A stretch of DNA of 64,000 bases from an uncultured Gemmatimonadales bacterium. Its GTDB lineage: Bacteria; Gemmatimonadota; Gemmatimonadetes; Gemmatimonadales; Gemmatimonadaceae. The stretch is from assembly GCA_963850905.1 (NCBI GenBank), contig CAWKMU010000003.1, positions 1,824,001-1,888,000 on the forward strand, read 5' to 3'. Positions 29,144 through 39,596 of the stretch are shown piece after piece. Each line of letters starts with the position of its first letter. The first letter of the stretch is position 1. Under the pieces are notes generated by a model. It was not told the DNA's origin. It ran no database searches and saw nothing but the letters and a program-made list of their open reading frames with translations. The position numbers and the translations under genes are program-made.

Positions 29144-29286
29144 AAGCACGGCCAGGGGAGAGAGCAGGCAACAGCGGGCGGCACGTCGAGATGTCCGCGA
29201 TTCGTTTGGAGGGAGTGGCAATGCTGATCTACCGTGCGCCGCGCGCCGTCCGCGTACATACTGCGCTGGCGCAGTCACGCCGTCGA

Positions 29287-29694
29287 ATGGCCTCGTACCG
29301 AATATCCATTGCGCTGGCATCGGCTGCGATCACGCTCGGAGCGTGTACATACTCGTCGAGTCCGCCCAGTAATCCCATCATCGGGTTCCAGCCCCAAAGC
29401 ATTACGCTCACGACCGTCCCGGGCGGGACCGCCAAGGGCGCTGTCTCCGTGGTCAACGTTGTCGGGACCGAGCTCGCGGGCCTCACCACGTCAGTCGGCC
29501 CCTACACCGGCAACGGAGCAAACTGGCTCACCGTGGACCTGGCTGGGGGTAATGCACCCACACCGCTCAATCTCTCGGCCAACGCGGTCAACCTCACCGC
29601 GGGGAGCTACGCCGCGACGGTAAATGTGACTGCTTTCGACGCGAGGCCGCCGACGTCCACGCTCACGGTTCATTTGAACGTCATTCAGCCCTGA
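29287..29694 (+). CDS. Lipoprotein with BACON/Ig-like domain
   Basis: Lipobox LGAC; NWLTV...LSANAVNLTAGSYAATVNV. Confidence 0.7.
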   Translation: MASYRISIALASAAITLGACTYSSSPPSNPIIGFQPQSITLTTVPGGTAKGAVSVVNVVGTELAGLTTSVGPYTGNGANWLTVDLAGGNAPTPLNLSANAVNLTAGSYAATVNVTAFDARPPTSTLTVHLNVIQP

Positions 29695-29743
29695 GGGGTC
29701 GGAAAGGGCAACGACCGGGGATCAGGATTCGGGAACGAACACC

Positions 29744-29777
29744 AAGGGCCAGTCGCAGCGCATCGCGACTGGCCCTT
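29744..29777 (+). terminator. Hairpin AAGGGCCAGTCGC-8nt-GCGACTGGCCCTT, probable terminator
   Basis: 13-bp perfect stem followed by T-rich bases; related copy at 39105-39136. Confidence 0.65.
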
Positions 29778-29784
29778 TCGATTT

Positions 29785-30696
29785 GTGCTCGAGCCCGATA
29801 GTTGCCTTACCCGCTACTGGCGAGCACAGGGATTCGCCTTAGCCTTCCCTAGTCGTTCGGACTCAACCTTCACCCCGACCCCTTTGTCCCTCTGTCAATC
29901 GCTTGCGGCCATCGGCCTGACGCTGTTTGCTGTGAATGCTCGGTCGTCATCCGCGCAAGCAACCTCAACCGAGCCACTCCCTTCCGGTACAGCTGATCTA
30001 TCGGCGCAGCCTCCTGCGCCCGCGCCACCGAAGCCGGCGCCTCCGCCGTGGGTCCTTTTTCACGCGGACCTGGGCTTCATCAACACGTCTGGCAACACAC
30101 ACGTGAGCACGCTGAACGCGTCCGACGCCCTGGCGGTTTGGACCAGCCACGCCAACAAGATCAGTCAGGACTTCGGCACGACCTACGGCGAAGTCTCCGA
30201 CAAGGTCCAGACGAGTTTGTGGACGGCGAGCCTGCGCGATGACTACACGTTCACGCCGACGGTTGGCCTCTATGCTCGATTCGGGTTCGATCGAAACGTG
30301 TTCGCCGGGATCGAGCAGCGGTTCGAGCAGGGCATCGGCGCCGCATTCGTTCCGGTGAACGCCGGCCGGAACCGGCTCGAGATCGACCTTGGCGCGTCGT
30401 ACGTCGAACAACGGTCCACCGCAGCGGTAGAGCTCAACTACCCCGCAGGCCGTGGCGCGGTCGTCTACCGATACACGTTCGCCAAGGATGCCTACTTCCA
30501 GCAATCGGTGGACGATCTCTCCGACCTGAACCGATTGTCGAACTCGCTCATTAACTCGGAGACGGACCTCGTCGCGCCGCTGTCCCGGCACATCGCGATC
30601 AAGGTCGGTTACCAAATCCGCTACTCAAACGAACCGCCGCCCGGCTTCAAGACGACGGACCGGCTGTTGAGCACGGATCTGCAGGTCAATATTTGA
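29785..30696 (+). CDS. DUF481-family outer-membrane beta-barrel protein (start uncertain)
   Basis: ADLGFINTSGNT, DRNVFAGIEQR and YSNEPPPGFKTTD; alternating beta-strand pattern. Confidence 0.8.
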   Translation: MLEPDSCLTRYWRAQGFALAFPSRSDSTFTPTPLSLCQSLAAIGLTLFAVNARSSSAQATSTEPLPSGTADLSAQPPAPAPPKPAPPPWVLFHADLGFINTSGNTHVSTLNASDALAVWTSHANKISQDFGTTYGEVSDKVQTSLWTASLRDDYTFTPTVGLYARFGFDRNVFAGIEQRFEQGIGAAFVPVNAGRNRLEIDLGASYVEQRSTAAVELNYPAGRGAVVYRYTFAKDAYFQQSVDDLSDLNRLSNSLINSETDLVAPLSRHIAIKVGYQIRYSNEPPPGFKTTDRLLSTDLQVNI

Positions 30697-30703
30697 GAGA
30701 CTG

Positions 30704-30814
30704 GACGTTGGACGTTAGACGTTGGGCGTTAGAGACCAACCCCCAGGCTAGCTGCGGTGCATCCAGCTTGCCTCGAGGTTTCTTTCCAACGTCTAACTTC
30801 CAACGTCTAACGTC
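30704..30814. repeat. Inverted heptamer tandem arrays (GACGTTR)x4 ... (YAACGTC)x4 around an imperfect hairpin
   Basis: Read directly; some units are degenerate. Confidence 0.8.
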
Positions 30815-30823
30815 CACCTTTTC

Positions 30824-31375
30824 ATGAAGCTTCGCGTCAGTCGCACCGAGGATCGCCGGTACACGACGACGGTTCTGCGGTCCGACGGGTTGACGGTGGC
30901 GCTCGGCGGGCAGGGCTTTGCGCATCGCCTGCCGCGGGACCTCGCACACTTCGCCGTCGAGGAGACACTGGAGCTGCGACACGGCCTCTGGGGGAGTGTC
31001 GCGGCCGGCGCGCTTCCGCCGGGAGCTCGATTCGGCGAAGGCCAGCCGCCGCCAGGCGCGATCGAAAAGTCGGCCGCGATCGCGGAGTCGACAGCGCAAC
31101 TCGTGGGTGAGGCGCGCGCGCTGGTCGCCGCCTTTGATGAGATCATCGAGCAGCGTCTCGAGGCGCGGTGGCCGCAGGTCGACCCGTCGCTGCAAAGCTT
31201 GAGCACGCGCCGCGGCGCGCGGCTCGTGCCGCTGACCAAGACCGATGTTGCGCGGGTAGCTGTCGCGTGGCGCGAGCTACAGTCGCGCTGGGATCAGGTG
31301 CCGCTGGGCGGTGCGCTCGACCTCGAGTGGAAAGCCCCACTGATGAGCGGCGGGTGGCCGGCGATCAAGAAATGA
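30824..31375 (+). CDS. Hypothetical protein
   Basis: LPRDLAHFAVEETLELRHGLWGSVAAGA; host-like codon use. Confidence 0.7.
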   Translation: MKLRVSRTEDRRYTTTVLRSDGLTVALGGQGFAHRLPRDLAHFAVEETLELRHGLWGSVAAGALPPGARFGEGQPPPGAIEKSAAIAESTAQLVGEARALVAAFDEIIEQRLEARWPQVDPSLQSLSTRRGARLVPLTKTDVARVAVAWRELQSRWDQVPLGGALDLEWKAPLMSGGWPAIKK

Positions 31376-31405
31376 ACATTCCGTCCGATAGCCACCGGGA
31401 GGATC

Positions 31406-33013
31406 TCACGACGCGAGCGTGGAAGTAGCGGCGTCGGCGACGAGCGTGTCTGGCGGCTGAATGCCGGAGGGGCCGGGCAGCGTGCGGCGGCGAGCATCGC
31501 TGCCGCGCGGGAGGGTCAGGGTAAACACGGACCCTTGGCAGGTTTCGCTTTGCACGGTGAGATCACCATCCATGCTGCGGGCGAGGTCCCGACTGATGGC
31601 GAGACCGAGACCGACGCCCTCACCGCTGAGTTGTCGCTCCACCTGGACGAAGGGCTCGAAGATCCGGGACAGGTGCTCAGGCGCAATGCCGCGACCGGTG
31701 TCGGCCACGATGACGCGCAGGTGACCATCGCCCGTCTCGCAGCGCAACTCGACGCGGCCCCCTGACGCCGTGAACTTGACGGCGTTCGACAAGAGGTTGA
31801 CCACGATCTGCAGGGCCCTGTCATGGTCGGCGAGCGCGCGGATGCTGCTGTCGCAACGGGCGCGGACGAGCGTGAGCCCTTTCGCACGCGCCTGCACTTC
31901 CATCATCGCCACCGCGGCCGCGAGCATTTCGTCGACTGGGACGGGGGTGCGCTCGATGTGGACCTGCCCGGCATCCAGGCGCGCGAAAGTCAGCAGGTCG
32001 TTGATGAGGCCGAGGAGATGGCGGGCGGCGCGCACGATGCGTGCGACATCGGCCTTTTGCTCGTCGGACATCGGACCACGGACCCCGTCCTCGAGCAGCG
32101 ACGCGTACCCCACCACGGCATTGAGGGGTGTGCGGAGCTCGTGGCTCATTGTCGCCAGAAAGTCGCCCTTGGCGCGGTTGGCCATTTCGGCCGCCTGTCG
32201 TGCGCGCTCACCCTCATCGGCCGTCCTGGCCAGCTCCGCCGCGGTCACTTGCAACCGAGCCGTTGCACGTTCGAGGTCGCGGTTGGCTGCAGCCAGCTGC
32301 GCAGCCTGGAGGCGCAGCAGCGCGTTGTGTTGCTCGAGCTCCGCGGTCTGAGTGGTCAGCAGCGCGGCGGATCGATCGCGGTCTCGCAGGTATCCCGTGA
32401 GCAGCGCGTTCACGAAGAGCGCCACGGCCACCGCGAGTGTCGTTCCCGTGACGACCGCGAAGTTGAGGGTCGCTCGGCGTTGTGCGATCGTCCGAGACGT
32501 CAGCGCGATGACCTGGTCCTCGTCGGCACGAACGGCGGCGATGACGTTGCGCACGGAATCCATGGTGGTGCGGCCTCGCTCGAGCGCGGCCACGCGCGCC
32601 AAGGCGTCACGACGAGCCACGCGGCCGTCCGCGACCACCTGCTGCAGGTCGGTGAGGCGCGCGGCAACGAGCGGCGGCAGCTCGCCGATCAATGCACGCT
32701 GCGCATCGGCGGTGCGCGTCAACGTGCGCAATGAGTCCAGGTCGTGTTGGATCGCGGCATCGTCGACACTCGGGGAAGAGCCGCCGGGCTCGCCTGTCAG
32801 GAGATAGACGCGTTGGGCACTCTCCATGTCGGTCAGTCGCTGCAGGATATCGGCAAGCCGACTGTTGACGGCGTTGGCCTTCGCGACGGCGTCGGTGGCT
32901 GACCGAGACGCGACGCGAAGCCATTGCGTCGTTGCGCCGCTCAACGCGACGAGTACGGCGGGGAGGCCGACCGCCGCCACTCGCCGCCACCCACCGATCG
33001 GTCCGTATCGCAA
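31406..33013 (-). CDS. CHASE3-domain sensor histidine kinase
   Basis: DMESAQRVYLLTG (CHASE3); FLATMSHELRTPLN; NLLSNAVKFT; DTGRGI; GVGLGLAISR. Confidence 0.92.
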   Translation of the reverse strand: MRYGPIGGWRRVAAVGLPAVLVALSGATTQWLRVASRSATDAVAKANAVNSRLADILQRLTDMESAQRVYLLTGEPGGSSPSVDDAAIQHDLDSLRTLTRTADAQRALIGELPPLVAARLTDLQQVVADGRVARRDALARVAALERGRTTMDSVRNVIAAVRADEDQVIALTSRTIAQRRATLNFAVVTGTTLAVAVALFVNALLTGYLRDRDRSAALLTTQTAELEQHNALLRLQAAQLAAANRDLERATARLQVTAAELARTADEGERARQAAEMANRAKGDFLATMSHELRTPLNAVVGYASLLEDGVRGPMSDEQKADVARIVRAARHLLGLINDLLTFARLDAGQVHIERTPVPVDEMLAAAVAMMEVQARAKGLTLVRARCDSSIRALADHDRALQIVVNLLSNAVKFTASGGRVELRCETGDGHLRVIVADTGRGIAPEHLSRIFEPFVQVERQLSGEGVGLGLAISRDLARSMDGDLTVQSETCQGSVFTLTLPRGSDARRRTLPGPSGIQPPDTLVADAATSTLAS

Positions 33014-33093
33014 TGCGCGCTCTACTTTGGAGAACCAACGCCGTCGGGCTGGCCCATGGTGTGCGTTGGGAGGTACGAGGAGACAACCCCTCT

Positions 33094-34182
33094 ATGAACG
33101 AAGTACGTGATTTCGGCCTTTCGCGTTGGAAGCGCCGCGCCATTGGCCATCACGCGTCGGTGACGGGGAACGGGCTCGTCGTCCTGCTCGTCCTGGCGGC
33201 GGCGTCGCCGTGGCGTGCGGCAGAGCGGCACGCAGGCCCGGCCTCTTGGGTGACGCGTCACGCTGGACAGCAGCCGGTGCAGCGGCAGTGGATCGAGATG
33301 CGGAACGTCGATCTGGGGGTCAGCGACAGCGTGACCGTGCGAGTGCAGTCGCTTCGGGGCGAGGTGCTCCGAACCGAGGCGATGCGGCCGGCGACGCTCG
33401 ATGATCCACGGTCATTTCGCATCCGAGTCACGGCGGGCCGCGTCGCGATGACGGGCGCCGATCTCGCCGGCGTGCTCAACTCGGTCGTCTTCGCGTACCC
33501 CGGCGCACCGCTGCGGGACCTGCAGGTCAGGACGGACGGTCAGCAGATCATCCAGACTGGCGTCCTCCACAAGGGGGTCGACCTGCGCTTCCGGTTGCGC
33601 GGCGTGCTTTCTCTAATGCCTGACGGGCGTGTGCGCATCCATCCGACGTCCGTTCGCGTGCTCGGCTTCAACGGCGAACGGGTGCTCGCCATGGTCGGCC
33701 TGCACCTCGACAATCTCCTGGATCTCCGGGGCGCTCACGGTGCGTCGGTCAAAGGGGACGATCTCTTCCTCGACCCGCTCGCGATCCTCCCGCCGCCCGC
33801 GATCACCGGGCGCCTGGCGACGATCGGGATCGAGGGCGATCGGGTTGCGGAGACGTTCGTCCAGGAACCCGACGACTCCGCGTTTCCGCGTTCCTCGCGC
33901 GCTGACAGCGCTGGGCCGGGCTTCGTGTACTTCCGCGGTGGCCAGTTGCGGTTCGGCAAGCTGCTCATGAACGACGCCGACCTTCGGATCATGGACGACG
34001 ACCGTGGCGCGTCGTTCGCCCTCAGCCTCCCGCATTACAGCGACCAGCTCGTGGCCGGCACTTCGCGTCTGCTGCGGAATCAGGGGCTCGTCGTCTCGAT
34101 GCCCGACTACGATCGACTCCAGGCGATGAAGAACGGACGATCCGGAGTCTCGGCTCCGACACCCAGCCGGCAAGACAAGTAG
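33094..34182 (+). CDS. Hypothetical exported protein
   Basis: Long ORF, GAGGAG RBS, N-terminal hydrophobic segment; start uncertain. Confidence 0.7.
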   Translation: MNEVRDFGLSRWKRRAIGHHASVTGNGLVVLLVLAAASPWRAAERHAGPASWVTRHAGQQPVQRQWIEMRNVDLGVSDSVTVRVQSLRGEVLRTEAMRPATLDDPRSFRIRVTAGRVAMTGADLAGVLNSVVFAYPGAPLRDLQVRTDGQQIIQTGVLHKGVDLRFRLRGVLSLMPDGRVRIHPTSVRVLGFNGERVLAMVGLHLDNLLDLRGAHGASVKGDDLFLDPLAILPPPAITGRLATIGIEGDRVAETFVQEPDDSAFPRSSRADSAGPGFVYFRGGQLRFGKLLMNDADLRIMDDDRGASFALSLPHYSDQLVAGTSRLLRNQGLVVSMPDYDRLQAMKNGRSGVSAPTPSRQDK

Positions 34183-34333
34183 TCGACCGACCGGGGTGCA
34201 GCGGGAAGTCCTCGTTTCCCGCGACACCCACCCGGGGCCGCGGTTGAGGCTGCTCCCGAAATCCGGGACCCGGGACCAGTGATGCGTCGGCGTGCCGCCG
34301 CGCCAATCCTGTGTTAGGGCCTGGCCACCGCTG

Positions 34334-34410
34334 TTGACATCCCGGCCCGCGGCGGTATGATGGCCGATGTTTGACAGGCCACGACGGGCACGACATTCTA
34401 GTGCCCGTCG
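34334..34410 (+). promoter_or_regulatory. Tandem sigma-70-like promoters upstream of the SusC-like gene, with a 10-bp inverted repeat
   Basis: TTGACA(34334)-16-TATGAT; TTGACA(34371)-17-CATTCT; CGACGGGCAC-9-GTGCCCGTCG at 34382-34410. Confidence 0.55.
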
Positions 34411-34468
34411 GTGCTGGTGTGTTGGTTGAGATCTCCTCCGCAAGCAGGCCCTGACCGGGAGGTGCGTA

Positions 34469-37463
34469 ATGCAGCGTGCTTTGTGGGTCCATTGGACGGC
34501 CACGCGGGTGGCGACGGCGCTATGCGCCGTAGTACTTCTCGGGAGCTGGACGACTCGAGCTCAGTCGCAGACGCGAGTGTCGGGTCACATCGTGGATGCG
34601 GGTGATCACAGTCCCATCCCGACTGCGCAGGTGATCGTCACGGGCACGACGATCGGCGGGGTGACGAACGACAGCGGCAGGTTTACGCTCACCCTGCCAG
34701 CTGACGCCAAGATCGCTGACGGTTCGTCGTATCGGCTTCCTGGGGAGGGTGGTCCCCGTCTCGGCCGGGCAGACGGACTATACGATCCAAATGGATCACG
34801 ACGTGCTTCGCCTCGAGGCGGAGGTGGTGACGGGCGTGGCCACGTCAGTCTCGACGAAGAGCTCTGCCAATGACGTCGCGGTCGTGTACGGCGGCGGCGG
34901 TCAACGAAGTCCCAGCGCCCGACGATCGAGAACGCGATTCAGGGCCAGGTGCCCGGTGCCCTGATCTCGCAGAACAACGGCGGTGCCCCGGGTGGCGGAA
35001 TGCAGGTCCAGATCCGCGGCATCACGTCGATCAACGCCAACGCGTCGCCGCTCTACGTCCTTGATGGCGTGGTCGTCGACAACGACATCCAGCAGCCGGG
35101 CAACAACGCCATCACGTTCGCGACTGCCTCAGGCGTGGCCCAGAGCACCCAGGACCTCGGCATGAACCGAATCGCCGACATCAACCCGGACGACATCGAG
35201 AGCATCGAAGTCTTGAAGGGCGCGTCGGCGTCGGCCATTTACGGGTCCCAGGCATCTGCGGGCGTCGTGATCATCACGACCAAGAAGGGGAAGGCGGGAA
35301 AGCCGCAGTGGGCGCTCTCACAGAAGGTGGGGCACTTCCAAGACTCCCGAACGATGGACGTCGAAGACGTTCCCGACGCTTGGCGAGCGCGGAGGCGTGG
35401 TACAACAGCTACTGGCAATCCAACGACGACCGCCGCCGGTGATTGCGGCCAACAACGCGTTGGTCGCTGGTCAGTATGCGGGACCGCAGGACTATCAGAC
35501 GACGGTCTTCGGCAGCGGGCAGGCATCATACGAGACGGACCTGAGCGTCAGCGGAACCCAGGGTCCGACGCAGTACTTCCTCTCGGGTCTCTCGAAGTAC
35601 GACAACGGCACGCTGCTCAACACCGGATACAACAAGCAAACTGTCCGGAGCAACGTTACGCAAACGTTCTCCAATAACCTGACAGCGAGCGCAAACCTGT
35701 TCTATGCCCACTCGGTGAACCGGCGCGGTATCTCGGGCAACGACAACAACGGCATCAGCCCGTACGACGTGTTCTCGTACACGCCGCAGTTCGTCAATCT
35801 CAACCATCAGAACGCCGATGGCAGCTGGGCGGCGAATCCGTTCGGACCGGCCAATCCGTACGCGGATGCCTGGGACATTGGCACGCCCGAGACGACGCAG
35901 CGGTTCATCGGCGGTGGCAACATCACATGGACGCCGTACAGCACGGAGCACCAGTCCTTCCAGATCAACCTGATCGGCGGGGTCGATGAGGCGCACGTGC
36001 TCGACCAGTTGTATGCGCCCGCGTCCCTGCAAATGGAGGCTAACCAGGCCCTCCCAGGGGTCGCCACGACGCAGACGACGGACAACCAGTACATCACGTA
36101 TTCCATCAACCTCATTCACCACTACACCGGGTTGTCCTGGCTGGACGCGACGACGTCTGCCGGCTACTTCCGCGAGCGGCGCGATCTGGTCAACCCGAAC
36201 ACCGTGGCGCAGAACCTACTGAACGGCATCAACAACCCCTCCTTCGGTACGGTGGTGACGAACTTCTACAACCAGACGGCCGAGCGGGACCAGTCGTTCT
36301 ATGCGCAAGAGCAGGTGCTCACACTCGAATCAGCGGTTGTCATTGACCGCAGGCGTCACGGCCGAGCGCACGACCAACGACGGCGCAATCGACAAACTCT
36401 ACACATACCCCAAGTACTCGGCATCGTACCGCATTCCCCAGTTCGTCGGCTTCATCGACGAGATCAAGGTGCGCGCCGCCCTCGGCGCCTCGGGCACCGA
36501 GCCGCTGTACGGCATCCGATACAGCCCGCTGAACAACACGATCGGCGGCGGCCTGCCGGGCACGACGATCGACACGATCGTGGGCGATCCCAACATCAAG
36601 CCGGAGTCGGAAGTCGAGATGGAGACCGGTGTCGACGCTGACCTTCCTCCGGTCTCGCGCGCAGCTGTCGTTCACGGTCTACCAGAAGCGGGTCTCGAAT
36701 CTGCTGCTCGAGGCTGCGCTCAGCGCCTCGCGCGGCTTCGACACGCAGTGGCTGAATGGCGGCGAGTTCACGAACCAGGGTGCGGAGATCCAGTTGTCGG
36801 CGACGCCAGTCCAGCTCCGGAATGGCTTCACTTGGCTCACGACGACGAGCTTCTACCGCAACTACAGCGTCATGAACAGCCTTCCCTCGACCGTCGCCCC
36901 CTTCAACGGCATCTATCCGGGACGGTCCGTCTCCGAGGACGTGAACGCGAACTTCATCGCGCCGAACGGCTATCCGGTCCAGGATGGCGATCGAGCAGCC
37001 GTCCTTTGTCGTGAGCGGCACCGAAGACCTGACCTTCAAGAACTTTCACTTGTCAGCGACCCTCGACTGGTATCGCGGCGGCAACGTCGGCGACGCTACG
37101 GAGAGCTATTTCGCGTTCGGCCCCAACCTGTGGGGGAACGAGGCTCAAATCACTCAGTACGTCAGCCAGATCATTGCGGGCCTGGACCCGGGTCTTCAGT
37201 CGGCGACGTTCGTCAAGATGCGAGCGGCGTCGGTGAGCTACACCCTGCCTGCGCGATGGGTCAACACGATCGGGTTCGGCCGACTTGCGAGTGCCCGTCT
37301 CAGCCTACTGGGCCGGAATCTGTTCCAGGTGTACGGCAAGGGCTACATGGGTCTCGATCCGGAGGTCAGCTCGTTAGGCAGTCAAAACATCGGGCGCGGA
37401 GTGGAGATCACGCCGTACCCGCCAGCACGCAGTTTTTTCCTGTCCCTCGACCTGGGCCTCTAA
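34469..37463 (+). CDS. SusC/RagA-type TonB-dependent receptor interrupted by many single-base frameshifts
   Basis: Consecutive fragments: signal and CarboxypepD-like region; GGAPGGGMQVQIRG; PLYVLDGV; INPDDIESIEVLKGASASAIYGS; NIKPE; GLDPEVS; YPPARSFFLSLDLGL. Confidence 0.88.
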
Positions 37464-37464
37464 T

Positions 37465-39023
37465 ATGAGCGAGACACTTTTCCGCACGGGTGCCCGTGTG
37501 TTCCGCTCCGGCCGCAGCGGTCGGGCCGCGTTGCTGGGTGCCGCGTGTCTGTTCGCGGCCGCGGCGTGCACGGACACGGCAGTCCCGTATTTCGACTCCC
37601 CGTCGGCGCTTCCGAACACCGCTGGCGGCATCCAGAACGCGGTAACCGGGCTCTTCTCCGGCACGCGCATCGACGTCGAGTGGTATGTCTATTACGCGGG
37701 CTCTTATGCGCGCGACATCTTCTGGTACTTGGGCGCGAGTGGGAACGTGGTGTACGACGTTGCCGGGCTCAAGTCGTTTGCGGACATTGGGAACAGCATC
37801 GCTTCCGCCGAGGCTTGGGACAACGAGTACGCGCAGATCAAGTCCGCCAACCAGATCATCTACCAGCAACTCCCTCAGGTCACGACCTACAGCGCACCGC
37901 AGCGTGAAGCGATCTGGGGCGTCGTCCAAACAGTCAAGGCGATCGACTTTCTCATCGTAGCCGAGACACGCGACTCGCTCGGGATCCCGCTGTACTCAAT
38001 GGACGGGAACCCGACCGATCCGCCATACTGCAACCAGGATGTCTGGAAGTACATCGTGGCGTTGCTCGATTCGGCGAACGACAGTCTCAACGTGGCCGGG
38101 TCGGTCTCGCTTCCCGTGCAGGTCCCGCCGGGGTTTGCATCTGTCGGTGCCACCGCCGGGCCGAGCAACGTGCCAGGGGCTTTCGCGGCATTCAATCGGG
38201 CGTTGGCAGGGAAGGCAAATCTCGAGCTGGCCTACGCCATCGCGCGCAGTACCCCCGGGGGGCATCCCACGCCGACGAGTGCCGGAAGCCCGAACGCGGC
38301 AGCGCTGACCACAGCAGCCGCTGACCTGAACTCGTCCGCGTTGTATGACCCGGCCGCAATCGCGCCGCCGAACGCCGGGCCGTTCAACCTCGATCCCCAC
38401 GGCGTGTACCACACCTTCAGCGGGCAGACGGGCGACCAGGCCAACCCCTTGGTCGGCCCTCTGTATGATGCCCTGTGGGATCTGCAGTACGATGTCGACA
38501 CGCTGCACGACTTACGATGGCTGAACAAGTTCTATCCGGACCCGCAACCCGTCCAGACCTCCTATGCTGGCACGTCGGATGGAATGAATTTCCTGCCGTA
38601 CAGGACCGTTACCGGTCCCATCCCGATCGTGCGCGCCGAGGAGCTCGCGTTGGTGATGGCGCAGGTTCAGCTTGGGTTAGGGAATAATGCGGCAGCAGTC
38701 ACTCTCATCAATCAAGTCCACCAGCAGGCCGGCGGATTCTCGACCCCGCTCACCATCGATGCCTCCTCATACACCGCGGTGCGCGACAGCCTACTCAAGG
38801 AGCAACGCATCTCGACCGTGTACGAGTCGAGCGGCGACCGGATGATCGCGCTTCGGATGTACGGGCTCGAGGCCGTCGCCGACACAACCTGGCAGGCCAA
38901 GTCCGGCCCGGATGCGGGGGAGGCCAAGCGAATGGCGGTGTCGACTATCACCAGACGATCTCGCCCGTCCCCTTCCAGGAAATCACGGCACGCGGTGGAT
39001 CGTGGAACACGACATGTCCGTAA
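37465..39023 (+). CDS. SusD/RagB-type nutrient-binding lipoprotein; frameshift near 38925, probable true stop TAA39021
   Basis: Lipobox AAAC; PIVRAEELAL and LKEQRIS-ESSGDRMIALR; shifted frame ends HQTISPVPFQEITARGGSWNTTCP*. Confidence 0.82.
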
Positions 39024-39029
39024 GGGCAA

Positions 39030-39176
39030 GACGCTGGATGCTAGACGCTGGACGCTAGACGCTGGACGCTAGACGCTGGACGCTGGACGCTGGAGACCTG
39101 AACGAGGGCCTGTCGCAGTGCACCGCGACAGGCCCTTCGTGTTAGTTCTAGCGTCTAACGTCTAGCGTCTAGCATC
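39030..39176. repeat. (GACGCTR)x9, central hairpin, then inverted (TAGCGTC)x4; probable bidirectional terminator
   Basis: Nine units at 39030-39092; hairpin at 39105-39136; four inverted units at 39149-39176; lies between convergent genes. Confidence 0.85.
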
Positions 39177-39183
39177 CCAACAT

Positions 39184-39551
39184 CTACCCCATTACCAGTC
39201 TGTCCAATTTCTCGACCGTCCTTTCGTTCACCACATTGCCCGTGTTCAGTGTCGTGCGCGGCTCGAAGAGCATGACCTGACAGTCGTTCTCGCCGACGGG
39301 TTGGTGCTCGACGCCGCGCGGGACGATCAGGAACTCCCCGGGCGTGACCTGCACTTCGCGATCGCGGAAGCGCATGCGGAGGGTGCCGTTCACCACGAGA
39401 AAGAGCTCGTCCTCGTGGTCATGATGGTGCCAATGAACTCACCCTCGAGCCTGGCAAGCTTGACCTGCATGTCGTTGACTTCGCCGGCTACACGTGGCTG
39501 CCACGGCTCGTGGAAGGTGCTAAAGGCATCCCTGAGATTGACTTTGTCCAT
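39184..39551 (-). CDS. Cupin domain protein; one-base deletion near 39433
   Basis: MDKVNL...WQPRVAGEVNDMQVKLARLEGEF(IW)HHHDHEDELFLV...GEFLIVPRGVEH. Confidence 0.85.
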
Positions 39552-39596
39552 GGTTCCGGGGGTTCGAGGTTCCAGACTACGGCTTCAGGAGGTGAC

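Noticed and set aside
30704..30814. Integron attC site (heptamers fit GTTRRRY and RYYYAAC)
   Set aside because: Order is reversed relative to attC (GTTRRRY comes first), units are tandemly repeated, and no integrase or cassette array is present
33050..33065. Sigma-54 promoter TGGCCCATGGTGTGCG before the 33094 gene
   Set aside because: Spacing fits but the match is weak and expected by chance at this GC content
39024..39072. C-terminal TLDARRWTLDAGR repeat of SusD
   Set aside because: Artefact of the frameshift reading into the heptamer array; the probable stop is at 39021-39023
39030..39176. CRISPR array
   Set aside because: Units are 7-bp tandem repeats with no unique spacers, and no cas genes occur in the window
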